This document shows, piece by piece, positions 1 through 13,041 of a DNA stretch of 64,000 nt. Position numbers and translations under genes: made by a program. The notes under the pieces are model-generated. The model had not been told where the DNA came from. It did not search any database and saw nothing but the letters and a program-made list of their open reading frames with translations. How positions within the stretch are numbered: the stretch's first letter is position 1; the number at the start of each line of letters is the position of its first letter. This DNA is from the human T2T-CHM13v2.0 reference genome, Homo sapiens, in NCBI RefSeq assembly GCF_009914755.1, contig NC_060932.1; one strand, given 5' to 3'.

Positions 1-366
1 CTGAACTGGGAAAAGGTGCTAAAACCAAATATTGAGACCACTTAAAAATTAAGGAATATCCAATTTCAAAATAGCATTGATCTTGGGGGAAGTACATTTT
101 CCATTTCATTTAGACCACATTAACAAAATCATTTTTTAAAAGACTATAACTATCTATTAGTAATACAATGTCCTTTCATGCATTAGATGGCCAGTCATGC
201 TTACCGTATTTTAATGCTATGCGACCCGTCATAAAAAGTTAGGTTTACACCTCAAATTGGAAATTCTACTTATAAGCACACCAGTAAAAAATCACTGTAA
301 ATACTTGTAGTAACATAACTTTACAAAAAGATTCTTTTTATCGCCATCCATAAAGTGGTCACTCAC

Positions 367-405
367 CTGCATTAAGAGCTGTAAATAAATTTTTTCTCGA
401 AGGAC
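367..405 (-). CDS. MTUS1: MTUS1 39-nt micro-exon: GPSRKNLFTALNA
   Basis: Acceptor tcttttatatcttag|GTCC, donor GCAG|gtgagt, phase 1-1, in frame. Confidence 0.9.
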
Positions 406-2034
406 CTAAGATATAAAAGAAACATGTAAAATACATATGTTTTATTTGACATATCACATAAAAACAAACCATGTTGATAAGAATTATTTTCAAAAACAAT
501 CAATCGCTACATTTCAGGTTCCCGGTGGGAAATATCACCGAGATTCAACCAACTTTTGTCAAGTGCATTTTAAATATAAGGTGATATTTCACATAACATC
601 AAAATGTTTAAGTATGATATGAAGTCACCACAAATTAAATAGGACCAGTTTTAAAAGGAAAAGCCGCAGTATTTTTTCAGTCAAGAACAGCTGAAGTTCA
701 AGTTTTAACAGTACTGAATTCACAGACTGTGCACATATGCCATTCTGCTGCCGGGAGAGCAGAGGCCAGACTTCACGAAGGACAGTCACTCCCGTGTGCT
801 TTCCGAAACTACCCGTTTCTATTCAGCTATGAAGAAAAATAGAAGTTTTTCCTCCAAACTGATAAAATATAAAATCAGGAGGGGTAATAGGTACACAGCT
901 GTAAGTCACTAAAAGAAATCTATGATGCTTCTACTTAACATGAAATAGTTGTTTCTAGGACATAATCATCTGCAGATACCAGTCAGAACAGCTACCATGT
1001 TCTATCTGAAATTTTACAGAGATGATGATCTCTTAAAATACGTGGCTGTTATCAATGGAAAGCACTGATTCCCACACAGGTAAAACTGTTGCGACATAAC
1101 CTATCCATTCAATAGTGAGGCATTTTAGAATTCTGAGTCTCCTGTTCTACAAAGCTGTCCATGGAATCTCATTCTCTGCAAGTTATTTTAGTATCAAAGT
1201 TCAACAGCGTTAACTTCATTATTGCTGTGTGGATCATGGGGCTTTATCATCATCAATAAAAAACCACAGTTTTCCAACCTGATGTCAACTCAGCAAGAGG
1301 TCATTTGGTGCCTCCGAAATTTGATTAACTCCCTAGGCAAATGACAACCTGCTGCACACTGAAGAATTCAACCCACTCCTAAAATTCATGCCTATTTTCT
1401 CTTCAATTCAGTACAAAGAAAAGGTATTGACATACATTAACCAGCCTCAAGGTACCATATTATCCTTTAAACACACACACAGAGAGAGAGAGAGACATGT
1501 TAAGGAGGATGCTGTGACAGAGTAACATCTCTGAGAAAGTTACTAATAGATATTAACAATCCAAAGAGTTTCATGCAGGTTAACCCAGTAATTCCTCCTT
1601 CTGGGATATCCACAAGTAACCAGAATCTGAAACAATGAATCTTGACTCACATTTGAAGAGGTTCATCTCAGTATTAATAAACCCCAATAAAAGTCAGAAG
1701 TTGCCCACTATAAACTGAAGTGGACAACCATAGAATAGCCATTTAAAGTGAAGAAGCTCTCCTGATACACTACTAACTTAATAAAAAGCAAGATACAGAA
1801 GAGTATATTCATTATTACCTCAGTTTTGCTGGAATAAAAACAAAACAACATATACATACAGAGGAAAAAAGTCACAAGGAAATGTGACAGCAATTGCTGG
1901 TTGACAGAATTAAGGAAGACTCTTTGTTTCTGTGTTTTCCAAATTCTCTAACATAAATGTGGGTCTCATTTTATAGGTCAAGTTTCTCACTCACAATTAT
2001 TCGCTCAGGCTTTAGTTAAGCTTCAGTTCACTAA

Positions 2035-2421
<387 letters not shown>

Positions 2422-2919
2422 TAAGTGTATACCACATATTTTGTAAACCTGAAAATTACTTTTCATAATCACAGCAAATAAAAAGTGAGGGATATGAGAA
2501 GGAACAGAGATAAAGAACATTTAGAGGAAGAACAATGTCTTAGACCAAAGACATGAAGACACAAGTACAGTAATAAACATAAAACATCTACCCTGATGAA
2601 AAGTAATCATGCATTTCTACTCCTTTCTCACTATTCTAGAGCACTGTTTTAGAATAATTTAACTCCTGAAGTTTTGCTGTTTCTACCTTATACCTTTGTT
2701 CTGCCTGCTGACTTACACGTAATGATTTTTAACTATAGAACCTACCAACTGTCAGAAAAACAATTTCCTCAGTGCAAAAATGTATTATATCTCCTTTCTC
2801 AACATATTTGTAATCATTGTTGACTATACCATAAACCTAATTGTCAAAATTTAACTTTCTACAAGCCAAGGACTTTAAGCGTCTTGCCCTCCCTCTTCAA
2901 ACCACAATGAGGACTGTAC

Positions 2920-3054
2920 CTTTTGGAGGAGTTTTCATCAAGTGAACATGAGCCCTGGATACCAAAGGCTTCAAATAAAAGGATCCTGAGGAACCATTCT
3001 GAAATGCTGGTTTTGGAGGTTTCTCCTCATATTTGATGACAGCGGCATTACCAG
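2920..3054 (-). CDS. MTUS1: MTUS1 coding exon (135 nt): SGNAAVIKYEEKPPKPAFQNGSSGSFYLKPLVSRAHVHLMKTPPK
   Basis: Acceptor ttttattacag|CTGGT, donor AAAG|gtacag, phase 1-1, no stops. Confidence 0.94.
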
Positions 3055-3662
3055 CTGTAATAAAACAGAAAAGTACATTTTATTGTATAGATAAACACAG
3101 TTTCGACCTTCCACATTTATTCCTTTGTCCTTGAACCAACAAATGCTCAATAAGCACCTACGACATGCCAGTCATTACTGAACATTGGGAATACAACATG
3201 GATAACAGGTAGCTTGTGTCTCAGGGATGCGAAATAAAGGCTATAATCAGAGTGACCACACATCCTGGTTAGCCTGGCACAGTCCAAGCTTATGCATCTT
3301 GTCCAGTTCAGCTTTCATCCCAGATAAGAGTTGGGGAAGAAATAATACAGCCACTTCATGCTATGTAACAAGAATGCCCCAGGTGCAGCTAGGAAGAGCA
3401 CCCATCTCCATGGGGACAAGGAAGAATTCGCACAGTCAGCTAGTTAATGACACAAGAACAGTAACATACAGACTCCTTGGTAGCTATAAGGACACGCTCT
3501 GGTTCAAATCCTTGCTCCTACAGCAAGGAGTTAAAATGCTAACTTCTGCCCTGAACAAAGGAAGTTTGTTCCAAAGTAAACTTTATGTTTTAGCTCCAAA
3601 GCAAAAACATAAAAGGGAATCTTACCTCAATAACAAAAACCATCTTTTTATATTATGTGTAA

Positions 3663-4006
<344 letters not shown>

Positions 4007-6040
4007 TGTTTGTTTCCAAATAATGATCAATATCCAATTCTAGGCACCCAATTCTATTCTACTATTCAACGCTTATAAATTTCTTTATTACCAACTATGA
4101 TCCCTTTTCTCACTTCACTCACTTAGCAAAGGGTTAAGATACCTACCTTGTTTACAAATGCATTATAAATGTGAAGACAGCTAGAAATTTTTCACTAGGC
4201 TAACCTATTCCAACTGCTACAATAGTGCTTATACACATCACATTCAAACTTAGTACAGGCGTGCTATTATTTTCCCCTAATCCACACCCAGGCCCTGTAC
4301 AATGAGCCATCTGTTAATTGTTCTCGTGCCCAAATAACATTCCTAATATTAGGTCAAATCAACACAGAGCTTTCCCTCCTGCTGAGAAAATTCTGTCAAT
4401 TTCCTGTCCTTTTTTCCAATTCTCACCTTCCCTAGAACCTAGAGACTTGGCTTTTCCAAAGTTGACAGGAAGCTAATGGGAGTGACAGTATTAAAGACAC
4501 CGCCATTACAACATTCAACAGAACCCTTTTTAGATGTTCATAGAAAATGGATATTGGGTTTCAATTAGCATTTTAGCTTTTGCTGAATCAAATCCAACAA
4601 AGAAAATTAGACAGTCTTAACCATGGAATTATAACAATCTGGATTTTAGTCTTACTTTTCTTGAAGCCGTATTTGATTATATTCAGCAACAAATAAGTCA
4701 CTTATTCATATTTTAAAAAATTAAACTGAGTTCAATTTACAGACCTAATATGCAATTGTATGATTCTAAATTCATGCTTTTCTTTTCTAAAATTTAGAGA
4801 CACAAAGGCCCACGGTTCACAAAGAGATCAGTAAAAAGATTTTCACTAAAGTAAAGGACAGGTTCTTCATGAGGGATGGTACTCCTGTGTCCCTTGCCTC
4901 TCTGTCACATGCAAAATAGGAGGTGGTGTGCTGGAAATCAGCTGTCTCACTGCCACTTTTCATACTCAATACAACACTAGATCAACCCGGCACCACACCC
5001 ATCATCAGCTTCATAACACGCAACATGAAGTCAGAATTCATACTGCAAGGATAAAATGTCTGCGTTTGACTCAGGTACAAACACACATGCATTTATATTT
5101 TATACATATTTACATGAAAGCTATATATACAAGACACATATTCATATACTCTATGATCAACGATTGTACCTGCTTTCTGCTTTACTAATGGCAGGCACAA
5201 CCTGTACTGAGCTGAACATAATTTTATGACTAACAATATCTTTCTCTCAATTTCTACTTACTGTACTCTAGGCTGGCCCACTGCTTTCCAGTAAACCCCA
5301 ACTTGAAGGATGTATACCACCATGAGTCATAATGCTCTTCAAATATTTCCCCTGCCCTCTATTTCTGTTCCTAACATGGCAACTGACTGAGTATCCTGAT
5401 GCTATCTAAATTTTCCCTCAGCCAGAGTCATTATATCCAAACAATAAAGTCCTCAGCGGCAACAATTCCAATATAAGAGATGCATAATAGTTTCCAGCAA
5501 TGGAACAGGATGTAAAATATCCTAGTTCTGGTGCTGACTTGACCACTGCCTAGCTGTGCTGAATCACCTATCTATGAATAACAAAGGTCTGAATATCGGG
5601 TATGGGAATAGACAGTGCATTCGCCCATATCGGGTATGGGAATAGACAGTGCATTTGCCTTCACAACTCACTGTGGTATTCAGTCCCACTGAGGCTGGAT
5701 GCATCCTCAGAATCATCCTAAAGACAGTGTTCTAGAGAGCCATGGACACTAAACACTGCTGGCTTGAAGAGACAATACATAAAATTTTTCATGTGGCCAC
5801 CTACTTCTCAACCTGATCTAATATGTAGTTTAAAACTGCCCCTTTGTCATCTTTGGTCCCAACTGTCTCAATTATGCCAGAATAACAGATTCTCTGGAAT
5901 CTTTATCTTCATTTCCCCATGGCCAAAGTGTGGTTCAAGTGAAATAAAGGAGCTGGTGAGTCTAAAAGGAAAAACTAAGGGATATTCTCAGGAAAGCCCA
6001 AGCAGAAGACATGATTTTCCTATTAGAAAAGGGCTTCTCA

Positions 6041-6343
<303 letters not shown>

Positions 6344-7214
6344 TCATTGTTTCAGACTTTTATCTGCAAACTAACATTCATACTACATTCTAACACCTAG
6401 TGAAAATTCGCTTTTATTACATTATGTATATACACACAGAGCCAACATTCTGTTCATTTCTTGAATTTTATGTGAATCAGTTTAACACTCCCCACTGTGC
6501 CAGATCATCTGCCCACCTGGCTTAAAATCAAAGTACTACTGAAATCTAAACTTCTGAATTTCAAAAGCAATATCACTCAACTATATAATAACAAGAATGT
6601 CTCACATATACCCTAGAAAAACGTGAACAGAGAAAGAACGAGAACAAAGTTAACAGTGGTCTGGATAATATTTCCTTTTTAAATAGTCCATTCAGAAGTG
6701 CGTAAGTACTAACATGTTTTGTGATGTGGAACCTAATGAATCTACCGCCTGTTCCTCATCTTAGCCTCACCCATGACAGACATCACGACTTGAACACAAA
6801 ACTTTCCCTCTGAACCTGGAGGCACCCTGAGAAACCACTGACACCATCCTACAGGCGAATTCTTATCCACTAACCAGTGTTGGCCACTAACCAGTGTTGG
6901 CAGGTGAGACAATATTCACTTCCCATTCCTGTTGTGAGAGAAGAAAAAAAACAAAAAACAAAAAACTAAGGGTAAATAAGATCCACCCTATTCTTTATCA
7001 GCTTAATCACTTGAACAACTCAAAACACCATCCTGCCAAACAATGAGGCCCTGTCTTATTGCAGTGAAAAGGGTCAGAAATGTTTGTTGCTGCAAGGACT
7101 TTGAAGATGACCCAGTCCTCCCTTGTCATTGATCAGAGGAGAGTATGGAGGCTGGAGGCTAAGAAAAGAGAAAGATAGTCCAACTTAACATGAGTTAGTA
7201 GGAAAACTACGGTG

Positions 7215-7566
<352 letters not shown>

Positions 7567-8864
7567 TTACACCCCACTCAGCCAGGGCTGTCAGTGAAGG
7601 TGAAGGGAAAGAACACTCCATTTCTTTTATTCAGTCTCCTTCTGTTCCTTCCATTTCCAGGAGAATGCAAATAGCTTTGGTCTGCACCTCTTACATTTCC
7701 CCTACCATCTGGCTCTCAAATATAAACATGGTTTTGTGGCCAAAGTGGAAGAGGAAGTAATGTCTTTGGACCTTACTTTCCTGCTAACATCGCAAAGTTA
7801 TACACTCTCCCAAGACCCCCTTCTAAATTGCACAATAGTCCCCAAATCTTCAACTCTGTTCATGACATACAATATATCATTTATTTTTACCCAGTTACTT
7901 TAATGATCTTAAAAACTGGATATTAGGTATCTGAGTGTGAAAGACCTTATAATCTTTAACCTCTATAAATGAGCACATTTGGTATAGAAACCATTGTGAA
8001 ATGTTTTACACTAATATCCAAAAGGATCAAGATCGTAACTTTGAAATTTTCTACACTTAAAAGAACACACACAAAGAACCTGCTAAAATTCCCAAATAAG
8101 AACAATTTATTGCCTTACGTATTTTGATTCGGTCATTTAAAAAACTTAGTAACATTATTTCTATAGGATCCCAAAGTTCCGAGAACCCAGTGCTAATTTT
8201 ACAACAGCACTGTGTTATATCAGAAGTTCTTAAATGATGCCACTAAAGATATCACATCACAAAGAAACAAGCAGACAAAGCGAGAAACCAATATTCGTTA
8301 AAGGGATTCAAATACTTAAGCCAGTATAAATCAGAACACTGATCAAAAGAGGAAGTTAATTCTTAACATGACCACCCATTATCAGAAACAGGAAATTTTC
8401 AGCGCGAGATGATTTTTTCATGTTTTGAGGTAGTCTTTAAAAGTATACATGTTTAATACTTTGAGTTACAACTTAGGAAAATAAAGATGTGATGTTTCCA
8501 TTTTAATTTTAGAAAAGTATTTTTCTACACTTGCACAACTACCAGCTACATACACACAAAAACTAGTTATTTAATAAGAAATTAAACCATCAAAAAGTCT
8601 TTGATAATAGGATAATTTCATGTGCCAGAACATTAACGATGCTGCTGAATTATATTAAGAGTGCAAAACACATAAAAGAGACAACAAAATTGGTCCTACA
8701 CAGAAGCATTCACATCTTAAATATACATACAAAATGCCCCCAAATACTACCATTACCATAAATTACAAGTTACAAAAATAGAAGTCAAGAGATCCTAAAT
8801 CAATTTATTGAATAAAAATTTAAGCATGCTTACAAAGAAAAGAAACCAGAAATCGTCGACCTAC

Positions 8865-9054
8865 TTTTTTTCCCAGTAAACGTGGCTAACAAAGGAATTA
8901 TACAAAGGCTGTACGATCCCACGACCAGCAGTGTCAATAAGGTAGCATCATAGTGCCTCTCTGAACCAGCCGGTGGGGTGAGTGTAGAATTGATAAAGAT
9001 TTTTGAAGAAATATCAGTTTCTGTACAACTGCGAAATCCTCCTGGTACAGTCAT
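8865..9054 (-). CDS. MTUS1: MTUS1 alternative coding first exon (ATIP4-type N-terminus with transmembrane segment)
   Basis: ORF MTVPGGFRSC...ATLLTLLVVGSYSLCIIPLLATFTGKK. Donor AAA|gtaggt at 8865/8864 gives phase 1, in frame with exon 3054-2920. Confidence 0.88.
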
Positions 9055-9074
9055 TTAAAAGGATCAAAGCAAGC

Positions 9075-9119
9075 TTAAGCAGGAAAAACTGCAGCCATGT
9101 TCACTCTCATATCCCTCAT
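9075..9119 (-). promoter_or_regulatory. Candidate uORF MRDMRVNMAAVFPA* upstream of the ATIP4-type ATG
   Basis: Three in-frame ATGs (9119, 9110, 9098) with a stop 20 nt before the ATG at 9054. The TSS cannot be located from sequence. Confidence 0.4.
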
Positions 9120-10283
9120 GCTTGCTCTTAGTGAATTCGAATGGAGGGAAAAAAAAAAAAATGCGTAAGCTCCAAGGCACTACACAAAACAGATTAAACC
9201 AGCTAGCAAATCAAACTAAGAAAGAGACTCATTGATTTGAATGCTTAATCCGCAACAGGAACACATCGCCACTAGACAGGCTCTGTGGGTGTATGGTAAA
9301 CCCCTTTGTTAAAAGACAAAAAGGAATGGACAAAAGCACTTTACAGCCTCCTTAGGAGCATCAGACACAGTACTGAAACGGTGGCCAAGTCAACATGGAT
9401 GTCGATGGAAAACACGGGGCTGTGGCACTACAGACTGTGTCTGCTTCAAGTGCCACAAATTCTGTTGCCACAACAGTTTTTCTAGAGCATGTTGGTGATT
9501 CTGTTTTGGCAGTTTGTCTTTAAAATTGCTTTGCAAGACAAAGAGAGCTTAAAATAATACACGTGTGAATTACCTTTTCAAATTCAGAGTTCCCTCTTAC
9601 ATGCAAGCCTGATTTTGTGCCACACCTTCAAAATTCCAACAGTAAAGCTGGTAACAATCCTGTTTAATTGCAAGTCACATATCCCAGTATTCCTGAAGTG
9701 CCAGGGTATGCAGCTACTTACTCTCATATGAGTCCAGCTACTGCTGCTAGGTGACCCGTCGGAAATGTGCTCATTAATTCGGTCATTAATTCAATGCCTT
9801 CTCTACAAAAAATGCATTCTCAATTCCCTCACATAGCTGCTGTGTGATTTTAGACCAGTGACAACATCTCTGAGCCTCAATCACCTTCTATATAAATATC
9901 AGGGTAACAGCAGAAGTTACCTGAGAGAAAAAAATAAAAGCAAATATGGACATCCTAAAGTACTGCTCCACACCCAGAGGAGCCTCATGAGCATTATTAC
10001 ACTTTGTCCCCAACTCCTCACCCAAAAGAAGAAACTGATCTGTCAAACTGAAGAGATCAGTTCGCCACTCCTCTCCACACCCTTGTGTCTGGTTTTATTG
10101 GTATTCTCATCATCCATGAAAATACCTTCTTTTTCTCCTCAACTATTTTTTAGAATAAGGGCCATTTCTTTTATATCCTGTGCTCCTCACTGCGCCTATC
10201 ATGGTGTCTGTGCACAGCGGGCACTCCAAGATGGTTTAAATTTATGAATTATTTCGTGGGGAAGTATAAAAAAGGAAATGAGA

Positions 10284-10404
10284 AAATAAGAACCAAGTCC
10301 AAATACATCTTTGGAATGAAAGAGGTATCTCAGTAAATTCACTCATTTATACACAGAAAATAGAACTCACGTTAACTGAAAACTTTAACAAAATTCTCCT
10401 GAGT
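10284..10404. repeat. 121-bp direct repeat, copy 1
   Basis: 4 mismatches to 11411-11531. Confidence 0.95.
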
Positions 10405-10824
10405 TTCAATTTTTTAGAATTAGGATTCAAGTTATATTAGTCCTATTACACAAAATCTAGCATCCAAAGATTCCACAGGAGATAGTCTTTTGCAAAGTAA
10501 ATGAAACTGAAATAATCTTTTTTTCTGATTCCAGTTAGAGTCCAAATCCCCTGGGTTGCTACTCTTAAACCTCCAAAACACCATCACTTCAGACGATGCA
10601 CTTTCGAATCCTTCATGCAAAAATATACTTTAACACATAATTATTTCAAGAGTGTTTTTCAAAGAATTTTTTTTCTGCCAAACTTTCAGAGCAACTCCAA
10701 GGAAGCAGTATGCCTATTTTTCCTGAAACCCCAGAAACAAAAATTCTAATTATTTGCAGAGCATTAGTTTTTCTTGTAATGACTGTTTCCACAACCCCCG
10801 AAGTGTGATATAAAGTCGACTTAC

Positions 10825-10986
10825 AATTGTTGCTGTAAGTGCTCAGCTCACTGTGGGTGCTGGCTATTGAGGGGGTGCTTCCTGTCCTCCGCAGCGCAGG
10901 ACTTTTCAAAGATGCTTTGGATTTAGGAAGTGGTCTAGGCAAATTCACCCATGACGACTGTGCAGTTTTCAAGGATGTAGGCTTTC
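10825..10986 (-). CDS. MTUS1: MTUS1 cassette exon 4 (162 nt, 54 aa): GKPTSLKTAQSSWVNLPRPLPKSKASLKSPALRRTGSTPSIASTHSELSTYSNN
   Basis: Acceptor ccccaag|GAAAG (uncommon AAG), donor AATT|gtaagt, phase 1-1. The 54 aa match the recalled ATIP3a/ATIP3b length difference. Confidence 0.94.
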
Positions 10987-11410
10987 CTTGGGGTTTAAAA
11001 AAAACAAAAAGTTTCCAGTGCTATTCATCCCGAAAGCTGGCACTTTTTAAGCCTGTAAACTCAAACTTCTGCACTAACAACAAAGTCAAAACACAAAATG
11101 AATGTTCACAATCATGTAACTTCAGATGAAAGATGAAAGCTTCACGCAGACATGTTTATTTTTGATCATTTAGAGGCAAGAGAGCAGAAATGATGAGGCA
11201 ATTAGGATATGAGAAGTGTAGGAGTAACCCTGTCTCCTAAAGTAATTAACTCACACATGTTCTCTGAAGGAGATGATCAATCAGAATAATCATGAGAAAG
11301 CAGCTTTTGGCAAAACTGAAATAAAAAAATAAACAAATTGATACGACCCCCCATACTGGTGACTAAAAAAAAAATAATCCATTAGGACAATAGGCTATCA
11401 TATAAGAAAT

Positions 11411-11531
11411 AAATAAGAACCAAGTCCAAATACATCTTTGGAATGAAAGAGAGATCTCAGGAAATTCACTCATTTATACACAGAAAACAGAACTCACGTT
11501 AACTGAAAACTTTAACAAAATTCTCCTGAGT
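11411..11531. repeat. 121-bp direct repeat, copy 2
   Basis: 4 mismatches to 10284-10404. Confidence 0.95.
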
Positions 11532-12089
11532 GGAAAATTTTAAAATCACCCAAACAGGAAGAAAAATGCAATTTGATAAGAAAAAATTTCATTTGAAAAA
11601 TGCCTAATGTTCTAACACCAGGTGGTGCTATACTATTAAGATTTTTTTTTTTAATCTCACCTTTTCTTCTTTACTCCCCACACAGTTTATTTGCCAAACT
11701 TAAATGATCTTCACTCCAACTTGCAACTCTTTCTTGCAGTAAAAATGTTTCCACTTATCAGTGAAATAAATATACAGGCTACGTATCCTCTGGCATCTCT
11801 GAAACTACATTCTCCTGATGCTCACGAACCTGCTACCTAAATATGGGCATTTCCCAAGCCCAGTCTTTCGCTCTTAACCCTCCTCATGCCCATTCTCTTG
11901 GAGAGTCTATTTTCTCTACTTTCCTCTAACCATTGTCCTATGCGGATGAATCCCATGTTCTCACCTGCAGCCCTATCTTCCTTCTGAATCTCAAGGCTAC
12001 TCATGTTTTAAAGTACTTATTGAGTACTCTAGGTTTTCATCTTAGACTGACATGCTCCTGTTTATGCTAATTATAGCTCCACTGTTTTA

Positions 12090-12208
12090 TTTTTTTAAAA
12101 ATCTTGCTTTGTTGCCCAGGCTGGTCTCAAACTTCTGGCCTTAAGCAGTCCTCCCGCCTCAGTCTCCCAAACTGCTGGAATTACAGGTGTAAACCACCCC
12201 ACCCAGCC
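12090..12208 (-). mobile_element. Alu left monomer (FLAM-like)
   Basis: gttgcccaggctggtctcaaact...ttacaggtgtaaaccac. Confidence 0.85.
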
Positions 12209-12851
12209 ATATAGCCCTATTTTTTATTTTTTTCCAGCTTCAAACCATTGGAATCATCTTTTCTTCCCCAGATCCCCATATATTCTAGCACTGTCTCCCA
12301 ATGCTACCAGTACCACCTAACTGAAGACTACCCAGAGTTGAAAAAGACCTTTGATGAAAATGACATTGTTGCGTATCACTAAGGATCCCATAAGTGAGTC
12401 AAATAATGCTGCTGGAAAGTAATGCCCATTGCTTTGTTCTAGCGATTTTGCTCATAAAAACCTCATCCTAATGGAGAAAAAGATGCTGAAGCTCCTCAGG
12501 CCTGGCATTTGAAATTACCACATTAAGCTCCCCTCCTTCGGCTCCAGCCTCACTCTTGTATGGCTCTCCTACATCCATGTGTGCTCTGCTCCGATTAACC
12601 TCGCTTTCTCTCTGACACCAGGGCACATCATGTGCTATTCTATTAATATTCCAACAGGCACATCATTTCTTTTCAAAGAGCTCTTCTTCCACCCTTTGAA
12701 TCCTTATTTAACCCTTTATATCATTGTCTAAACTGTATTGGACTCCTAAAATCCTGTCCTTCCATCCCTTCCAACTCCATCATGTTAATCTCCTGAATGT
12801 GAAAATTAAGGTCATGACCCAATCTAAAATTTGGGATTCTCCACCATCTAC

Positions 12852-13041
12852 AGCATGCGGCCCAGCACAGCTTTGAACGCTAACCCAATACAAATTCATA
12901 AATTTTCTTAGAACATTATGAGATTTTTTTGCAATTTCTTTTATTAGCTCATCAGCTATCATCAGCATATTTTATGTGTGGCCCAAGACAATTCTTCTTC
13001 TTCCAATGTGGCCCAGGGAAGCCAAAAGATTGCACACCCCA
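12852..13041. mobile_element. MER30-like DNA transposon fragment
   Basis: gcggcccagcacagctttgaa...gtggcccagggaagccaaaagattg. Confidence 0.8.

Noticed and set aside
10646-10972. 108-aa ORF as an independent gene
   Set aside because: It is exon 4 read from an internal TTG and continued into the intron.
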